Positions 61,025 to 64,000 of a DNA stretch of 64,000 nt are shown in pieces. This DNA comes from a virus. Below the pieces are notes generated by a model. It worked only from the letters and a program-made list of their open reading frames with translations. It did not search any database and was not told where the DNA came from. Numbering within the stretch: the stretch's first letter is position 1; every line of letters starts with the position of its first letter. Position numbers and translations under genes: made by a program. The DNA lies in the IMG/VR virus record IMGVR_UViG_3300042934_001067, positions 1 through 64,000 of that record; one strand, given 5' to 3'.

Positions 61025-61960
61025 CTACTGGTAGGGGGCGGGGCGGTCGGTGGCGGGGGCGTGGCCGTCGTCGAGGATGATGCGCCCGGCGAGGCTGGTG
61101 ACGATCCATGCGGTCTGGTCGGTGGGCCAGCCGTCGGTGCTCCAGCGGCCTGCGCTGTCCTTGTGTGCGGCGGCGGCGATGCCTTCCAGCTCCCGGGCGC
61201 GGCGGCGGGCGGTGGCCTGGTCGAGGCCTGGGCCACGGGCGGGCAGGCTGGCGAGGTACGCGGTGGAGGCACGCTCCTGGGGGTCGGGGTCCGGCTCGGG
61301 GATGTTGGCGGGCATCCGCCGGTACGTGCCGTCAAGGCCGAGCACCAGGGCCTCACCGCCGTGCTCGGCGACCAGGTAGCCGTGCTCGGTGCGCTCCTGC
61401 GGGCCCTCGGCCCATGCGACGTACGTGCCGAGGGGCGTGGCGGGCTGCTCCTGGGCGTCGTCGGTCTCGTCATCGTCGTGGATGCCGGGGGCGTTGTCGG
61501 CCGGAGCGGTGTACCGGGCGGCGGGCGACTCGAAGGGGGGCGGGATGTCGGCGGGGTCGATCGACTCGCCGTAGCCGGGCGAGTCACCGAGCGGGCGGTA
61601 CGGGGCGGGGTCGGTCGCGGGGCGCTCCTGGTCGGCGGTCGAGGGTGGTTCGGCTTCGAACGCGATGCGGTCGAGGGGGTAGACGGTCCATCCGGCGGCG
61701 GTGAGCTGCTCGCGGGCGGTGTCGACTGCGGCGGGGTCGTCGGTGATCTGGACGGTGGAGACGTACAGGCGACCGTGAGAGACCTGGGCGCGCACGGTGG
61801 GGGTGATCTCCAGGTATCGGCCGTCGGCGGTCGGCTGCACGCCGAGGAGGGGCGCGGCGGCGGTGATCAGGGTGCGAGTGCGCTCCTGGCGCTCCTCCTC
61901 GGTGAGGGCGCGCCAGGCGTCGAGGTCGGGCCAGTGGGCGGGGCGGCGAGGGGCGGGCAT
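61025..61960 (-). CDS. Hypothetical early protein
   Basis: 311 aa, CAGGAG RBS. Confidence 0.6.
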   Translation of the reverse strand: MPAPRRPAHWPDLDAWRALTEEERQERTRTLITAAAPLLGVQPTADGRYLEITPTVRAQVSHGRLYVSTVQITDDPAAVDTAREQLTAAGWTVYPLDRIAFEAEPPSTADQERPATDPAPYRPLGDSPGYGESIDPADIPPPFESPAARYTAPADNAPGIHDDDETDDAQEQPATPLGTYVAWAEGPQERTEHGYLVAEHGGEALVLGLDGTYRRMPANIPEPDPDPQERASTAYLASLPARGPGLDQATARRRARELEGIAAAAHKDSAGRWSTDGWPTDQTAWIVTSLAGRIILDDGHAPATDRPAPYQ

Positions 61961-62048
61961 GTCGGGCTTCTCCTGGGCATGTGGCGAGCTGTCAGGGGCG
62001 GGGAGCGCCCGGCGGTCGGCGGGGGACTGCCGGGCGCTCCTGCGGGCG

Positions 62049-62468
62049 TCAGGCGGCCGGGATGGTGTGCTCGGCGAGCCGGGCGACGTACTGCCGTCCG
62101 GTCTCGCGCATGGTGTTGGCGTGCGGGGTGACGGGAACGTCCGCCTTGCAGCCGGGGCAGGGGACGCGCTCGCCCTCGGTGTACGGGCCGGGGTCGGTGA
62201 CGTCGTCGGGGGCGGTGTGCGCCCAGCCGTGCGGGGCGTACCAGCGGGACACGGTGCCGCCGCTCTTGGGGCAGGGTGCGGCGGGCGCGGTGCTGATCAT
62301 GTAACCCTCCAGCGCCCACTGCTGCGCGGCGGCCATGATCGCTTCCGCTGCCGTGTAGGGGTCGGTGGTGTGGTCGTGGGCGTTCAGCAGGTTGTCGATG
62401 ACAACGGCGCGCAGGCGCTCGCGGGATGCGGCGCGGGCGTCGGCCTCGGTGTCGGTGATCGTGCTCAT
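62049..62468 (-). CDS. Hypothetical Zn-binding protein
   Basis: CPKSG...CPGC...LAEH. Confidence 0.6.
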   Translation of the reverse strand: MSTITDTEADARAASRERLRAVVIDNLLNAHDHTTDPYTAAEAIMAAAQQWALEGYMISTAPAAPCPKSGGTVSRWYAPHGWAHTAPDDVTDPGPYTEGERVPCPGCKADVPVTPHANTMRETGRQYVARLAEHTIPAA

Positions 62469-62507
62469 GTCGGGCGCTCCTGGGGTCTGTGACGGATCGG
62501 TGGGCGG

Positions 62508-62873
62508 TCAGTCGTCGGGCCAGCCGTCCCAGGCGGGGCGGTTGAGCTGGACGGAGAAGGTGTACGCGCTCTCGTTGGCGCTGACCTGGCGGACGATCGG
62601 GGCGTATTCCAGGGCGGCGAGGAACTCACAGACGGTGAGGCTGGCGTGCGTGCTGTCGTCGGCGGTGTGGTCCAGGGGCACGAGGGGCTCGCCGGGGTGC
62701 CGGGGCCACTGGAAGGCGCCGAGCACCTCGGCGCGCACCCATGTTCCCGGGCGCTTGGGCATGGTCGGCTGGGCGCGGACGCGGATGACGTCGGCGGTGT
62801 CGGGGGCCAGGGCGCGCAGCGTGTCGACTTCGGGGGTGCGGCGGGGCTGGTCGGGGTGGGCGTGCGGTCCCAT
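62508..62873 (-). CDS. Hypothetical early protein
   Basis: 121 aa, GAGGAG RBS. Confidence 0.55.
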   Translation of the reverse strand: MGPHAHPDQPRRTPEVDTLRALAPDTADVIRVRAQPTMPKRPGTWVRAEVLGAFQWPRHPGEPLVPLDHTADDSTHASLTVCEFLAALEYAPIVRQVSANESAYTFSVQLNRPAWDGWPDD

Positions 62874-62964
62874 GGGCGGCTGCTCCTCGGGTCTTTGGCG
62901 GGCGGTGAGGGGGTCGGAGCGCCCCGGGGGCCGGGCTGGCCGTGCGGGGCGCTCCTGGGGGCGT

Positions 62965-63159
62965 CTAGCGGCCGAGGGGGGCGCCGTGGTGGAGGCGGGC
63001 GGCGGCCCCGGCGCGGTGGGCGCCGATGGACTCGCCGTAGGTGCCGACTCCCCCGGCGGGGTACAGGCGGCGCTGGACGGGGCCGACGCGGCGGGGGTCG
63101 TATCCGGCGGCGTAGGGGCGGAGGGTGTGTGCGCGGGCGGCCTTGATGGTCTGTCGCAT
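62965..63159 (-). CDS. Small basic protein
   Basis: MRQTIKAAR, CAGGAG RBS. Confidence 0.5.
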   Translation of the reverse strand: MRQTIKAARAHTLRPYAAGYDPRRVGPVQRRLYPAGGVGTYGESIGAHRAGAAARLHHGAPLGR

Positions 63160-63197
63160 GGCGGTGTGCTCCTGGGGTGTGGTCGGTGGGTGGGTGT

Positions 63198-63545
63198 TCA
63201 GGCGCTGTCGCGCCACTCGTGGACGGTGACGACGTTGACGGGGCGGCCGGTGTAGCCGAGCCAGTTAGCGGCGAGTCGCGCGGCCATGGCTTCGGTGGAG
63301 CGGGTGATCGTGTGGGTGTCGGCGGTGTCGTAGTCGTTGACCGCGTCGAGGGTGGCGCGGCGGGTGCCGCCGGTGATGTGCCACTGGGGCTCGCGGTCGC
63401 GGGCGGGGGCGCGGTCGGCCGGGGTGATGACGTTCATGAGTCCGGTGAGGCGGGTGCCGTCGCGGCGGGTCCAGACGATCTCGACGCGGACGGGCGCGGG
63501 GGTGGTGTCGGTGGCAGGGGCGGGCTGGCCGAACGTGACGGTCAC
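63198..63545 (-). CDS. Hypothetical early protein
   Basis: 115 aa, GGAG RBS. Confidence 0.55.
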   Translation of the reverse strand: MTVTFGQPAPATDTTPAPVRVEIVWTRRDGTRLTGLMNVITPADRAPARDREPQWHITGGTRRATLDAVNDYDTADTHTITRSTEAMAARLAANWLGYTGRPVNVVTVHEWRDSA

Positions 63546-63633
63546 CGGGGCTCCAGTGGGTCTAGGGCGGGCTGGCGGGCGGTCGGTGGGCAGCCGGGGC
63601 CGGTGGGGTCGGCCCCGGCGCTCCTGGGGGTGT

Positions 63634-63849
63634 TCAGGCGGGGGTGGCGGTGGGGCGCTGCTCCTCGTGGTGGTGGCACGGGGTGCGGTCGTCGTTGTGG
63701 TGCCAGGTGCCGGACGCGTGGGGGATGTCGGGGCGGCTGTAGGTGACGTCGCGGGCGGCGCGGCAGATGCCCCGGGCTCCGTTGGCGGGGCGGGCGGGGG
63801 TTTCGGGGAAGCTGCGGGGCTCGGGCATGTGGGTGAGGGGCTGGGCCAT
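63634..63849 (-). CDS. Small His/Cys protein
   Basis: 71 aa, CAGGAG RBS. Confidence 0.5.
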   Translation of the reverse strand: MAQPLTHMPEPRSFPETPARPANGARGICRAARDVTYSRPDIPHASGTWHHNDDRTPCHHHEEQRPTATPA

Positions 63850-64000
63850 GGCGGGCGCTCCTGGAGGCTGTGTGCGGGCGTGTGGCGGGTTATGGGGGCC
63901 CGGCCGGGGTGACGGTCCGGCCGGGCCCGTGCGGGGCGGTCTAGCGGAGGGTGAGTCGCTGGCGGCCGGTCTGCTCGATGGTGACGGGGCCGGTGTATCC

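Larger units (their letters stand above)
60944..63940 (-). repeat. Dispersed intergenic repeat: CAGGAGCGCCC / GC-rich hairpin / CCCGCCA / RBS
   Basis: Seen, with variation, in intergenic gaps 60944-61024, 61961-62048, 62469-62507, 62874-62964, 63546-63633 and 63850-63940. Confidence 0.65.

Overview
High-GC (~70%) actinobacterial, probably Streptomyces, myovirus-type phage that is likely carried as a plasmid prophage (phage-plasmid). Positions 1-46.5 kb hold a nearly complete minus-strand virion module: baseplate J, gp25-like wedge, hub with lysozyme-like and NlpC/P60 domains, tape measure, -1 frameshifted tail chaperone, tube, sheath, neck, major capsid, decoration, scaffold, protease polyprotein, endolysin, tailspike, portal and internal-head proteins. 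The layout recalls Cluster C-like actinobacterial myoviruses. No terminase, integrase or replicase lies in the window. Inserted on the opposite strand are a parA / atypical parB / palindromic parS cassette, an EndoVII homing endonuclease, and a four-gene module (EspR-like regulator, HEXXH protein, multi-TM receptor-like protein, PAP2). Positions 46.5-64 kb hold a RelE-like coiled-coil protein, dcd and about 35 short early genes. Main observations from reading the sequence: (1) a 19-copy late-promoter motif CTGT-N22/23-AAGGGGTGA; (2) His-rich enzyme domains (two ADP-ribosyltransferase-like, one OGG2-like DNA glycosylase) carried in late head proteins, two of them between recurring x-[TVEN]-A candidate cleavage sites; (3) four structured intergenic RNA candidates, one tRNA-like; (4) a CCGCCA / CAGGAGCGCCC start-associated motif in early genes. 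All family assignments are motif recognition by eye; no searches were run.
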